A DNA stretch of 64,000 nucleotides from Candidatus Latescibacterota bacterium (GTDB lineage Bacteria > Latescibacterota > UBA2968), in contig OZ242320.1 of assembly GCA_965208125.1 (NCBI GenBank), positions 4,896,001-4,960,000 of the forward strand. The letters run 5' to 3'. Made by a program: the position numbers and the translations under genes. A model generated the notes under the pieces. The model made no database searches. It worked only from the letters and a program-made list of their open reading frames with translations, and was not told the origin of the DNA. Positions 20,997 to 30,520 of this stretch are shown piece by piece; position 1 is the stretch's first letter; every line of letters starts with the position of its first letter.

Positions 20997-21758
20997 ATGC
21001 ATACCTGCTTAGAACCAAATACGGCCCATGTCTGGGCAGTGGATTTAGAGCGCGAGACATTTGATGGTCATATGTTGGCCGAGACGCTATCGGCAGATGA
21101 GTGGGGGCGTGCTGACAGGTTTGTCTATGAAAAGCACCGGGCGCATTTTGTTGCCGCACGCGGCTATCTGCGCGCGATTCTCGCCAAATATATGCAGTGC
21201 AAGCCAGGTGAACTGGCTTTTTTTTATGGCGAACACGGCAAACCCGCTCTGGCATCCCCGTGGGACAAATCCCAATTGCAATTCAACCTGAGCCATGCGG
21301 CTGGATTGGCCCTTATTGCGATTTCCTCGCGCTGTAAAATTGGGGTTGATGTTGAGCATCTCAGTCGTAAGGTCGGCCATATGCAAGACATCGCGAAACG
21401 TTTTTTTGCACCTGGTGAATACGAGCGGTTGCGTGCGTTGCCGCGAGAAGAACAGCGTCGGGCTTTTTTTTCTTGCTGGACGCGCAAAGAGGCATATCTG
21501 AAAGCTGTGGGCACTGGTCTTGCCCAGTCCTTAAAAAATTTTGAAGTTAGTTTGGGACGCAAGGCAAAATTGTTGTGGATAAAAAAAGGCAATATAGAGG
21601 ATTGGACACTGCGACACCTCGAACCAGCGAAGGGTTATGTCGGATCGGTGGCGATTGCGGGAAAAGATGTTGAGGTGAAGATCGTGAAACACTTTATGCC
21701 CGACCTTTGTCTGAACAATAATGGTGCGAACGCGAAATGCAGAGCAGTATCTCTGTAA
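20997..21758 (+). CDS. Sfp/HetI-type 4'-phosphopantetheinyl transferase
   Basis: GKP, FNLSH, IGVDVE and WTRKEAYLKAVG motifs. Confidence 0.93.
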   Translation: MHTCLEPNTAHVWAVDLERETFDGHMLAETLSADEWGRADRFVYEKHRAHFVAARGYLRAILAKYMQCKPGELAFFYGEHGKPALASPWDKSQLQFNLSHAAGLALIAISSRCKIGVDVEHLSRKVGHMQDIAKRFFAPGEYERLRALPREEQRRAFFSCWTRKEAYLKAVGTGLAQSLKNFEVSLGRKAKLLWIKKGNIEDWTLRHLEPAKGYVGSVAIAGKDVEVKIVKHFMPDLCLNNNGANAKCRAVSL

Positions 21759-21777
21759 CCGTCCGATGCAGGAGTAG

Positions 21778-24006
21778 ATGATGAATCGTTTACTGGATAA
21801 TGGACAAAACGGTAGTTTGAATTGGTTGAGACACGCTTTGCCCGAAGGCGAAGATGAGCTTATCCGGGTGCAGACTGATCTTGATGAAAAAGGCGACTTT
21901 GGAAACCAGTGGGTGGTGGTGACGCGCAATCGCGTGCTGGTGCGGCAAAATGGCTCGATAGCAGATATTCCTATTTCAGAAATAGAACTGGCGCGAACAG
22001 AGGCTCTGGTGGGCGGTGCGCGTCTGGAAATTCATCGAAAAAATAAGCCGACCATTCATGTTCCGTATTCCCTGACGCAGGCACAAAAATTTTCGGAGAC
22101 CACGCGAGGGATCGAGCAACTGCGCAAGGGGCAAGAATTTTTTATCAATGCGCATCTGGATCGCACAATCTGCGAATTGTGTGGTAGGCTATTGCCCGAA
22201 AAAAATGGGATATGTCCGGCCTGTTTGAACAAATTTGCAACGTTGGGACGCATTGCATCGTATTTGAAGCCCTACAAAATACGCGCAATTGTGCTGGCTC
22301 TGGCGTCTATTGTGACGACGGTTGCCGAATTGATTCCGCCTTACGTGACCAAGCTCATTGTCGATGATGTGCTGGTGCTGCCCGAGGGCGCGGAGATGCT
22401 GTACGACGAGCGGCTCAGTTTGCTCGGCTGGCTCGTGCTGGCTCTGGTGGGTATCAGACTGATAACCTGGGGGGCAGAATGGGCGCACGGCTGGACAGTT
22501 ACGTGGCTTTCCGCACGGGTGACTGCGGACATCCGCAGCCAGCTCTACAGGCGTTTGGAATTACTATCCCTGCAATTTTACGACAAACGGCAAGTAGGCG
22601 CTGTGATGTCTCGCGTGACGACAGATAGCAGTCGTTTACAGATGTTTTTGGTCGATGGATTGCCCTATCTGGTGATCGAGGCGATGATGTTGCTGGGAAT
22701 TCTCGCAGCGCTATTTATGATGAGTTGGTCACTGGCTATCCTCGTGCTGATTCCCGTTCCGTTAATCATGATCTGGGGATATGCGTTTTATCGTCGGATG
22801 CGGAAATATTTTACCCGCTGGATGCAGTCGTGGTCTGAAACTATGGCGCGGGTCAATGAAGCGCTCACAGGCATTCGCGTGGTGAAGGCATTTGCACAGG
22901 AAAAGCAGGAAATTCGGGTGTTCAAAAGGCGCAATGATAAATTGACGCGCATCGGTATTACTACAGAGGTCAATCGGGGCATTTTTTACAAAACGATGAC
23001 CTTATTGACGGCGGCTGGCGTGATTATTGTATGGTATTATGGAGGGCTTGAGGTAATTGATGGGGAGTTGACGCTTGGCACTTTGATGGCTTTTTACAGT
23101 TATATGATGTTGCTCTACGGCCCCTTGGAATGGTTTGGGATGGTCAATTCGTGGATGACGCGTGCAATGGCCGGTGCAGAGCGAATTTTTGAGATTATCG
23201 ACACGCCCTCCGAGGCGTATCAAGATCCCAATGCCGTGCCGATGCCGCATATTGAAGGGCGCGTGAAGTTCGATGACGTCACATTTGGATATGACAAGAG
23301 CAAGCCCGTGCTTCACGAAATCAATCTCGATGTCAAACCGGGGGAGATGATCGGGCTGGTGGGAAAATCTGGCGTGGGCAAGACGACAACGGTAAATCTG
23401 ATTTGTCGGTTCTACGATGTTGACCGCGGAAGCATTGAGGTGGATGGGGTGAATTTGCGCGATATTCGGCTGGAGGATTTGCGATCTCAAATTGGCATTG
23501 TGTTGCAAGAGCCGTTTCTGTTTTCGGGCAGTATTGCGGAAAATATCGGCTATGGTAAGCCGAGCGCGACATTCGATGAGATTGTGGAAGCGGCCAGGGC
23601 TGCCCATGCACACGACTTTATCGTGACAAAGCCCGATGGTTACGATACGCTTATCGGCGAGCGAGGAGAATCGCTTTCGGGGGGTGAACGGCAGCGCGTG
23701 TCCATTGCACGGGCCATTTTACACGATCCCAGGATTTTGATCTTAGACGAGGCCACATCGTCTGTTGATGTGCAAACGGAAAAACGCATTCAAGATGCGG
23801 TTGTGCGATTGGTCAAAGGACGAACGACTTTTGCTATAGCCCACCGTTTATCCACCCTTCGCAATGCCGATCGACTGGTGGTGATGGACGCCGGACGCAT
23901 TGTGGAAATGGGAACGCACCGCGAATTGCTGGAACAGAAAGGCATGTTTTACAAATTGGTGCAGATGCAAGAAGAGATTTCACAGATTATTGCAATTAAG
24001 GAATAG
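21778..24006 (+). CDS. ABC exporter (fused TMD-NBD) with an N-terminal extension carrying a 4-Cys motif
   Basis: GKSGVGKTT, LSGGERQR, ILILDEAT and IAHRL motifs; N-terminal CELCGRLLPEKNGICPAC. Confidence 0.93.
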   Translation: MMNRLLDNGQNGSLNWLRHALPEGEDELIRVQTDLDEKGDFGNQWVVVTRNRVLVRQNGSIADIPISEIELARTEALVGGARLEIHRKNKPTIHVPYSLTQAQKFSETTRGIEQLRKGQEFFINAHLDRTICELCGRLLPEKNGICPACLNKFATLGRIASYLKPYKIRAIVLALASIVTTVAELIPPYVTKLIVDDVLVLPEGAEMLYDERLSLLGWLVLALVGIRLITWGAEWAHGWTVTWLSARVTADIRSQLYRRLELLSLQFYDKRQVGAVMSRVTTDSSRLQMFLVDGLPYLVIEAMMLLGILAALFMMSWSLAILVLIPVPLIMIWGYAFYRRMRKYFTRWMQSWSETMARVNEALTGIRVVKAFAQEKQEIRVFKRRNDKLTRIGITTEVNRGIFYKTMTLLTAAGVIIVWYYGGLEVIDGELTLGTLMAFYSYMMLLYGPLEWFGMVNSWMTRAMAGAERIFEIIDTPSEAYQDPNAVPMPHIEGRVKFDDVTFGYDKSKPVLHEINLDVKPGEMIGLVGKSGVGKTTTVNLICRFYDVDRGSIEVDGVNLRDIRLEDLRSQIGIVLQEPFLFSGSIAENIGYGKPSATFDEIVEAARAAHAHDFIVTKPDGYDTLIGERGESLSGGERQRVSIARAILHDPRILILDEATSSVDVQTEKRIQDAVVRLVKGRTTFAIAHRLSTLRNADRLVVMDAGRIVEMGTHRELLEQKGMFYKLVQMQEEISQIIAIKE

Positions 24007-24012
24007 CTTCAC

Positions 24013-26292
24013 ATGAATTATGTACCTGGAAAACCATTGATCGAAAGACTTCCGCCATCCGTGGCAAAAAAACTGAATGAGGCGAAGCCCAATGGCGAGA
24101 CTGTGCTGATGCAGGTGGCGACAGATCTGGACGCGTCCCTGAATTACAACCCGCAGTGGGTGGTGGTGACCGATCAACAGGTGCTGGTGATCCCCGAATC
24201 GGGTGTGGATGGCACGCAGACGATGGCGATTGGCGATGTGGAAGACGTGAAAGTGGAGGAGCATGTGGGGTTGGGCGCTCTGGCGTTGACGCACAAAGCA
24301 GGACCCGAGATACATGTATCTTATTCGCCATCTCTTACCGCTGTGTTTGCCGAAGTGGCCGATGGCATCCGGCAGTTGAAGGACAATGAGCCACTAATAT
24401 TGCCCACAGAATTAGAACAGACGCATTGCGAGAATTGTGGCAAGAGATTGCCCGAAAAGAATGGGGTGTGTGCTGCGTGTTTGAAAAAGTGGCAGACGTT
24501 TCGACGCATTGTGAGTTATATGGCCGCTTATCCCGTGCGCCTGGTCACCACCATAGCCCTGACATTTGTCAGCGCTTTATTTACGCTGTTGCCACCCAAA
24601 ATTACGGAGTATGTGATTGACGGTGTTTTGACAGCGGGCTGGGACGCGGTTACAATTCCATTAATTGCTTCAACAGATCGCCTTAATCGCTTGGGACTGT
24701 TGATTTTAGGGCTTGTTATTATACGGCTATTAATCTGGGGCGTCGATGTGGTGATGGCTGCGCTGAGCCGATCATTGGGGTTGCGCGCTATCGGCGATTT
24801 GCGGGAAGATCTCTACCGCGCGTTTCAGATGGTGCCCGTTCGCTTTTACGATCGGCGAAAAGTAGGTGCGCTGACGTCCCGCATGAATAATGATACGGAC
24901 CGCATGGAAGTGATCATGACGTATGATTTTTATTATGTGTTTTCCAACAGTTTGTTATTTGTCGGTATTTTGGGCTTTCTGGCGTGGATGAACTGGCAAC
25001 TCACACTATTTGTGGTGGCACCTATTCCGCTGATTGTGTTCGCCGGCACACGGATATGGTACCGCATTATGACATTCTGGACGCAGTGGTCGGGAAAGTG
25101 GGGCAGACTTTCAGCGCAGTTGAATGAGTCAATTCACGGTATTCGCGTTGTAAAAGCATTTGCACAGGAAGCAAAAGAGAGCGAGCGTTTTGACCAATAC
25201 AACGAAGATTTGCGCGATGTGGATACCAGAGGTGAACGGGCCTGGTTTGTTTTTTGGACCGTGACAAATCTGTTTATGAACGTGGGGGTGTTTTTTGTAT
25301 GGTACTTCGGCGGCAGACAGATTCTGGGCGGCGAATTGACGTTGGGTGCGTTAATCGCATTTATGAGTTATCTCTGGATGTTGTACCAGCCACTGCGCTG
25401 GTTTGGCGATTTCTACAGTTATATTTTGCGGGCATTTGCCGGCGCGCAGCGCGTGTTCGAAGTGATTGATTCCGAACCCGAGCCATACCAAAAACCCGAT
25501 GCTGTGCGCTTGCCTAAAATTGAGGGACATCTGGAGTTCGAGTCCGTGTTCTTTGGTTATGATCCCGGCAAGCCCGTGCTCAAAGGAATTGACCTGGAGG
25601 TGAAGGCGGGTGAGATGATTGGGCTTGTGGGCAAATCCGGTGCTGGCAAGTCAACGTTGATCAATCTGGTGTGTCGGTTTTACGATCCCGACCGCGGGCA
25701 GTTGTTGATAGATGGCGTACCGATGACCGATGTGAATTTGCGCGATTTGCGATCCCAAATTGGGATGGTGCATCAGCAGCCCTTTTTGTTTGATGGCACA
25801 ATTGCCGAAAATATCGCCTATGGCAAACCAGACGCGACCTTTGACGAGGTGATGCGCGCCGCAATCGCAGCCGAAGCACACGAGTTCATTGTCAAAAAAC
25901 CCGATGGTTATGACATGCGGGTAGGAGAAAGCGGCGGACGTCTTTCAGGCGGAGAAAAGCAACGGGTGTCTATCGCGCGGGCAATTTTGCACAATCCGCG
26001 GATTCTCATTCTCGATGAAGCCACGTCTTCGCTGGATACACCTACCGAGAAGAAGATACAGGTGGCGATTGCGCGCCTGGTCGAGGGGCGCACGACATTT
26101 GCTATTGCACACCGTTTGTCAACCCTTCGCAGTGCAGATCGGCTCGTGGTTATGGATGAAGGCAATATCGCCGAAGTTGGTACGCATCAGGAGTTGATGG
26201 ACCGGGAAGGCATTTTTTATCGCCTGGTCAAGACGCAGCAAGAGACGACGCTGGATATGTTTATGACTGCGGTGGGGATAGAGTTGGAGTGA
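24013..26292 (+). CDS. ABC exporter (fused TMD-NBD), paralog of the preceding gene
   Basis: GKSGAGKST, LSGGEKQR, ILILDEAT and IAHRL motifs; N-terminal CENCGKRLPEKNGVCAAC. Confidence 0.93.
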   Translation: MNYVPGKPLIERLPPSVAKKLNEAKPNGETVLMQVATDLDASLNYNPQWVVVTDQQVLVIPESGVDGTQTMAIGDVEDVKVEEHVGLGALALTHKAGPEIHVSYSPSLTAVFAEVADGIRQLKDNEPLILPTELEQTHCENCGKRLPEKNGVCAACLKKWQTFRRIVSYMAAYPVRLVTTIALTFVSALFTLLPPKITEYVIDGVLTAGWDAVTIPLIASTDRLNRLGLLILGLVIIRLLIWGVDVVMAALSRSLGLRAIGDLREDLYRAFQMVPVRFYDRRKVGALTSRMNNDTDRMEVIMTYDFYYVFSNSLLFVGILGFLAWMNWQLTLFVVAPIPLIVFAGTRIWYRIMTFWTQWSGKWGRLSAQLNESIHGIRVVKAFAQEAKESERFDQYNEDLRDVDTRGERAWFVFWTVTNLFMNVGVFFVWYFGGRQILGGELTLGALIAFMSYLWMLYQPLRWFGDFYSYILRAFAGAQRVFEVIDSEPEPYQKPDAVRLPKIEGHLEFESVFFGYDPGKPVLKGIDLEVKAGEMIGLVGKSGAGKSTLINLVCRFYDPDRGQLLIDGVPMTDVNLRDLRSQIGMVHQQPFLFDGTIAENIAYGKPDATFDEVMRAAIAAEAHEFIVKKPDGYDMRVGESGGRLSGGEKQRVSIARAILHNPRILILDEATSSLDTPTEKKIQVAIARLVEGRTTFAIAHRLSTLRSADRLVVMDEGNIAEVGTHQELMDREGIFYRLVKTQQETTLDMFMTAVGIELE

Positions 26293-26294
26293 AT

Positions 26295-26329
26295 GAATTA
26301 AAAATTAAAAATTGAGAATTAAGAATTAT
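26295..26329 (+). repeat. degenerate heptamer repeat (RAATTRW) x5
   Basis: GAATTAA AAATTAA AAATTGA GAATTAA GAATTAT immediately after the stop codon. Confidence 0.75.
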
Positions 26330-26345
26330 TTGATCGGAGATTTTG

Positions 26346-26915
26346 ATGGCTACGGATATGCTGGAGATGGAAGTGGAAGAGATTGTAGAAAACACAGAAG
26401 AATGGAAGCCGGTACCGATTGAGATGGTGCATCCCGAATCGGTTGATCCGCGTAAGATCCGCTTGTTTAAGGAGCCACAGTGGATTTTGCGGATGACGAT
26501 TGAAGGGGATCGGTCCTATACCCGCGTGAAAGTGGTGCGAGCCGCGCCTTTGACGGAACCAGATCGCTATTTTTGCATTCTGGATATCAAGGACGAAGCG
26601 ATCTGCATGATCAAGGATCTGGCTGATTTGCCAAAAGAGAGCCAGTCTCTCGTGTATGAAGAACTGGATAATCGGTATTTGACGGCGGAGATACAAAAGA
26701 TTGTGGCATTGCAAAATGAATACGGAGTGACTTACTGGACTGTCGATACCGACCGGGGCAGGCGCGATTTTGTCGCCAAGTCCGTCGCCGAAAACGCGCA
26801 GTGGCTGGGAGAGACGCGGTTGATGATTTTTGATGTGGATAATAACCGCTTTGAGGTGCCTGATATACGGGCGCTGGACCGCCGCAGTCAGGGGTTGTTG
26901 GAATCGGTTGTGTGA
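26346..26915 (+). CDS. DUF1854 domain protein
   Basis: VRAAPLTEPDRY, EELDNRY, WTVDTDRG and DVDNNRFEVPDIRALDRRS; family typically found next to this ABC type. Confidence 0.82.
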   Translation: MATDMLEMEVEEIVENTEEWKPVPIEMVHPESVDPRKIRLFKEPQWILRMTIEGDRSYTRVKVVRAAPLTEPDRYFCILDIKDEAICMIKDLADLPKESQSLVYEELDNRYLTAEIQKIVALQNEYGVTYWTVDTDRGRRDFVAKSVAENAQWLGETRLMIFDVDNNRFEVPDIRALDRRSQGLLESVV

Positions 26916-26947
26916 GGGGCAATTTTATCGGCATATTATGTAAAACA

Positions 26948-26986
26948 ACCGGGTGTCATAGGTATTATGGCACTCGGTATTTTTTT
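26948..26986 (+). terminator. intrinsic terminator
   Basis: ACCGGGTGTCATA/TATGGCACTCGGT stem with G-U pairs, followed by ATTTTTTT. Confidence 0.7.
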
Positions 26987-27046
26987 AGAAGCTGTCTTAA
27001 AACCCTCGGGATTAAGAGAGTCTCTTTATTACGAAATGAATCATAG

Positions 27047-27103
27047 CCAATTGACGTGGAATGGGAGGCCGAAACCGGTAAAATGCGAGACGGTGACAAG
27101 TGA
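27047..27103 (+). pseudogene. C-terminal remnant of a Phd/YefM-type antitoxin
   Basis: Frame reads PIDVEWEAETGKMRDGDK*. Its TGA overlaps the vapC GTG (GTGA). An in-frame TAG at 27044 lies just upstream. Confidence 0.55.
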
Positions 27104-27498
27104 TTCTACTCGACACGCACGTTATGCTGTGGCTCAGATTGGGTGTGCCGCGATTGGGGACCAGTGCCCGATGCGAGATTGACCAGGCGTGGCAGTCCAA
27201 TGAAGTGGGAGTCTCTGCAATTTCGTTCTGGGAAGTGGCAATGCTCAAGGATAAAGGACGGATCAGGTTTCCTATGGATGTCGGACTATGGCGCCGGGAG
27301 CAACTGGCACAGGGCTTGATCGAGATTTCCGTTGATGGTGAAATTGCCACTCGTGTCGGTCTTCTTCCTGACATGCACGGCGACCCAGCAGATCGCCTCA
27401 TTGTCGCCACTGCGTTAGCTGGTCACAGGCTGGTGACCGCTGATCGGAGAATTCTCGATTGGTCCGAACAGTTGAACCGGCTGGATGCAGCCAAGTAG
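27100..27498 (+). CDS. vapC: PIN-domain (VapC) toxin
   Basis: LLDTH, SAISFWE, HGDPADRLIVATA and LVTAD; acidic active-site residues intact. Confidence 0.92.
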   Translation: MILLDTHVMLWLRLGVPRLGTSARCEIDQAWQSNEVGVSAISFWEVAMLKDKGRIRFPMDVGLWRREQLAQGLIEISVDGEIATRVGLLPDMHGDPADRLIVATALAGHRLVTADRRILDWSEQLNRLDAAK

Positions 27499-27581
27499 AA
27501 AGTCCTTATTTTTTTCACCTCAAGTATGTAGCGGAATAACCACCTAAAGCAGTTGACCCCGACAATCGAATTGTAAAAGGT

Positions 27582-27618
27582 GCGCCCCTGCATTTTTGAT
27601 GCTGGGGTGTTCTTTTTT
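27582..27618 (+). terminator. putative intrinsic terminator after vapC
   Basis: GCGCCCCTGCAT/ATGCTGGGGTGT imperfect stem followed by TCTTTTTT. Confidence 0.55.
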
Positions 27619-27811
27619 GGGGCGGGGTATCCTGTTCATTCTTGCATCACTGGATAGAACCACTCCAGTGCGGGCTCTGATCATCCTGATCCTTTTTTCT
27701 TGTATGGTAAGTCTTGAATCACTAACTTGTCGAAACTCATTGAGACATTGGCGCGTCTTATTGCAATCGAATATCAGCAAGTCATTTTAATCCGGTTATC
27801 TGGAGGTTTTT

Positions 27812-29566
27812 ATGCGAAAGAAAATAGGTCGAATTTTGGCGTGGATTGGTGGGATTACGATTGGGTTGGTCGTCCTGACCATCTTGGCCGTTGTATTGAT
27901 GTCTGGCGAAGATCCCGTACCCGATCAGGTGATTTTGGAGATCAACCTGGAGCAGGGGGTTGCGGAGTATGTACCCGAAGATCCGTTTGCAAAGTTAATC
28001 TCAGACGATGTGCGCTCGCTGCGCGATGTGGTAGGTGCTTTAGACGCGGCGGCTTCAGATGACCGCGTTGTGGGGTTGCTGGCCCGAGGGGGCGGAGCAC
28101 CGATGGGCTTTGCGCAGGCACAAGAAATAAGAGATGCGGTTCTGGCGTTTGGAAAAAGCGGAAAACCCACCGCGATTTTTGCCGAGACATTTGGCGAATT
28201 TGGATCGGGAAATGTCGGATATTATCTGGCGACAGCATTTGAGCGTATCTATCTCCAACCTTCGGGCGATGTGGGTTTGATCGGACTGGCAATGGAGCAC
28301 CCTTTTGTGAAGGGGACATTGGATTCGCTTGGGATTGGCGTGCAGATGGATCACCGGTATGAGTATAAAAATGCGATGAACCTATATACCGAAACTAAAT
28401 TTACAGACGCGCATCGCGAGGCGAGTGAGATACTTTTGAAGTCGATGGTCGATCAGATGGTTCTGGGTATTTCACGGGCGCGGGGTACAACGCCCGAAGC
28501 TGTGCGCGATCTCATCAATCGAGGACCATTTTTAGCATTATCTGCCCATGCCGAAGGCCTGGTAGATAGTCTGGCGTATTGGGATGAGGTGCGCGATCTG
28601 GTGAAGCGAGAGCATGGCGAAGATACCAAATGGCTGGATATCGTGAATTATCTCAAGCGCATTGATGAAAAGCCTTATAGTGAAGGGACAAAGGTGGCGT
28701 TGATCTACGGCGTGGGACCTGTGCATCGTGGCAAGAGCACCTATGATCCCTTGTATGCGTCAGGGACAATGGGCGCGAGTACCCTGACCAAAGCTTTTCG
28801 CGATGCGGTGAAGGATAAGGATGTGCGTGCAATTTTGTTTCGAATAGACTCTCCCGGTGGGTCTTATGTTGCTTCTGATGCGATCTGGCGCGAGGTTGCC
28901 AAAGCTAAGAAGGCAGACAAACCCGTGATTGTATCAATGGGTAATGTAGCCGGTTCTGGAGGATATTTTGTGGCGATGAATGCCGATAAAATTGTGGCGC
29001 AACCCGGTAGTATCACGGGATCCATTGGGGTGTTAGCGGGCAAATTTGTGACAACTGAGTTTTGGGAGCGTATGGGCATTACCTGGGATACAGCGCAAGT
29101 GGGTGAAAATGCGCTAATATGGGGCACGGGTGCAGAATTTACACCCGAACAATGGGCGAGATTTCAGACGTGGTTGGACCGCATTTATGAAGATTTTACT
29201 GCAAAGGTTGCCGAGGGGCGCGACATGTCACAGGCTGATGTTCACGCCGTCGCAAAGGGGCGAATCTGGACTGGTGAGGACGCCAGGGCGCATGGTCTGA
29301 TCGATGAATTGGGCGGCATGAAGACCGCGATGCGTCTAATTCGGGAGGCATTGGAGTTGGAAACTGATGCTTCTCTCAACCTCGTTGTATTTCCCAAAGA
29401 AAAGACGCTCATAGAACAGGTGATGGAAAAAGGACTGATCCGCACGCTGAGCAATGGCGATGCGCTGGCGCGACTCGCCACAGAGTTACAACCCGTTTTT
29501 CGCTTTGCGCGTACAATGGGGCAGCCACAACAGGTTTTGGAGATGACACCCGTGGATATTCGGTAG
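27812..29566 (+). CDS. sppA: signal peptide peptidase SppA (long form)
   Basis: N-terminal TM, EYKNA, RIDSPGGS, SMGNVAGSGGY, TGSIGV and GRIWTG motifs. Confidence 0.95.
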   Translation: MRKKIGRILAWIGGITIGLVVLTILAVVLMSGEDPVPDQVILEINLEQGVAEYVPEDPFAKLISDDVRSLRDVVGALDAAASDDRVVGLLARGGGAPMGFAQAQEIRDAVLAFGKSGKPTAIFAETFGEFGSGNVGYYLATAFERIYLQPSGDVGLIGLAMEHPFVKGTLDSLGIGVQMDHRYEYKNAMNLYTETKFTDAHREASEILLKSMVDQMVLGISRARGTTPEAVRDLINRGPFLALSAHAEGLVDSLAYWDEVRDLVKREHGEDTKWLDIVNYLKRIDEKPYSEGTKVALIYGVGPVHRGKSTYDPLYASGTMGASTLTKAFRDAVKDKDVRAILFRIDSPGGSYVASDAIWREVAKAKKADKPVIVSMGNVAGSGGYFVAMNADKIVAQPGSITGSIGVLAGKFVTTEFWERMGITWDTAQVGENALIWGTGAEFTPEQWARFQTWLDRIYEDFTAKVAEGRDMSQADVHAVAKGRIWTGEDARAHGLIDELGGMKTAMRLIREALELETDASLNLVVFPKEKTLIEQVMEKGLIRTLSNGDALARLATELQPVFRFARTMGQPQQVLEMTPVDIR

Positions 29567-29580
29567 CCAAGGAGGGCATT

Positions 29581-30333
29581 ATGATAACCGCAGATTTTGA
29601 AGCGTATTTGACAGATGATTGGTATGGGCAGCAGATAACGGTTGATGCTTTGCTGGAATGTGAAGCCGAAGCGGGGTTTGAAATGGCGGTGGTAATGCCG
29701 CAGACCAAGCCCCTTCCGGATAATGATGGATTGCTCGACAAGACAGCGAGACACTCTCAGCTTTTGCCCTGTCCCCTCGTGGATCCGCATTGGGGCGAAG
29801 AAGGGATTTCTGCACTTAAGGCATATGTTGACCGCGGTGCTCAGGGCGTGAAGCTGATGGGTGCTATTCACAAATACAATGTGGATGATCCCATGGTGAT
29901 TCCGTTTGTCGAGGCGGCGAGAGATCTCGAGATTGTGGTATCGATTCATTCTGGACGCGACAACTGTAGTGCCGAACGCATTGGCAATGTGGCGCGACAA
30001 GTGCCCGGGGTGCCGATTATTATGGATCACATGGGCTTTCCCGATGGGTTTGACACAGCGCTTGAAGTATGTCGTGAATGCCCCGATGTGTATCTGGGCA
30101 CAACGATTCTGCGATTTCACAAGTTGTGGGCTATTAATCCCGAAGAAACCGTGCCACATGAAGTCAAACAAGCCGTTGATGAATTGGGAGCCGAACGGAT
30201 CGTTTTTGGGTCCAATTTGCCGGAATATCGCCCGGTTCAGGTCAAGCGAGCGATTCAGCGGTTGGAATTGGGCGACGAGGCGGAAGCTCTGATCTTTGGG
30301 GGTAATTTGGGTCGGATTTATGGAATTGAATGA
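29581..30333 (+). CDS. amidohydrolase family protein (Amidohydro_2-like)
   Basis: GVKL, IHSG, MDHMG and RIVFGSNLP motifs. Confidence 0.82.
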   Translation: MITADFEAYLTDDWYGQQITVDALLECEAEAGFEMAVVMPQTKPLPDNDGLLDKTARHSQLLPCPLVDPHWGEEGISALKAYVDRGAQGVKLMGAIHKYNVDDPMVIPFVEAARDLEIVVSIHSGRDNCSAERIGNVARQVPGVPIIMDHMGFPDGFDTALEVCRECPDVYLGTTILRFHKLWAINPEETVPHEVKQAVDELGAERIVFGSNLPEYRPVQVKRAIQRLELGDEAEALIFGGNLGRIYGIE

Positions 30334-30360
30334 AGTGTGAAATGTGAAATGTGAAATGAG
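30334..30360 (+). repeat. heptamer repeat (ARTGTGA) x3 plus a partial copy
   Basis: AGTGTGA AATGTGA AATGTGA AATGAG directly after the stop codon. Confidence 0.85.
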
Positions 30361-30390
30361 GGCGGCCTGTGGGCACGCCCTTTTTTATTT
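30359..30390 (+). terminator. intrinsic terminator
   Basis: AGGGCG/CGCCCT stem followed by a T-run. Confidence 0.6.
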
Positions 30391-30520
30391 TTTATCTTTA
30401 TCTGTGTTTATCGCTGTCTTCTTTTTATAATTTTCCTTGATTTTTTTTCATAAACTTGTTTAAATTTTTGGTTTTGAAAATTAGTCGTCCTTCCCCATTT
30501 TTCAGGAGGTTAGTTCCAGA

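Noticed and set aside
26919-26946. TTATGTAAAAC resembles a XerD half-site (dif module next to a TA locus)
   Set aside because: No XerC arm at 6-bp spacing and no partner site found after vapC
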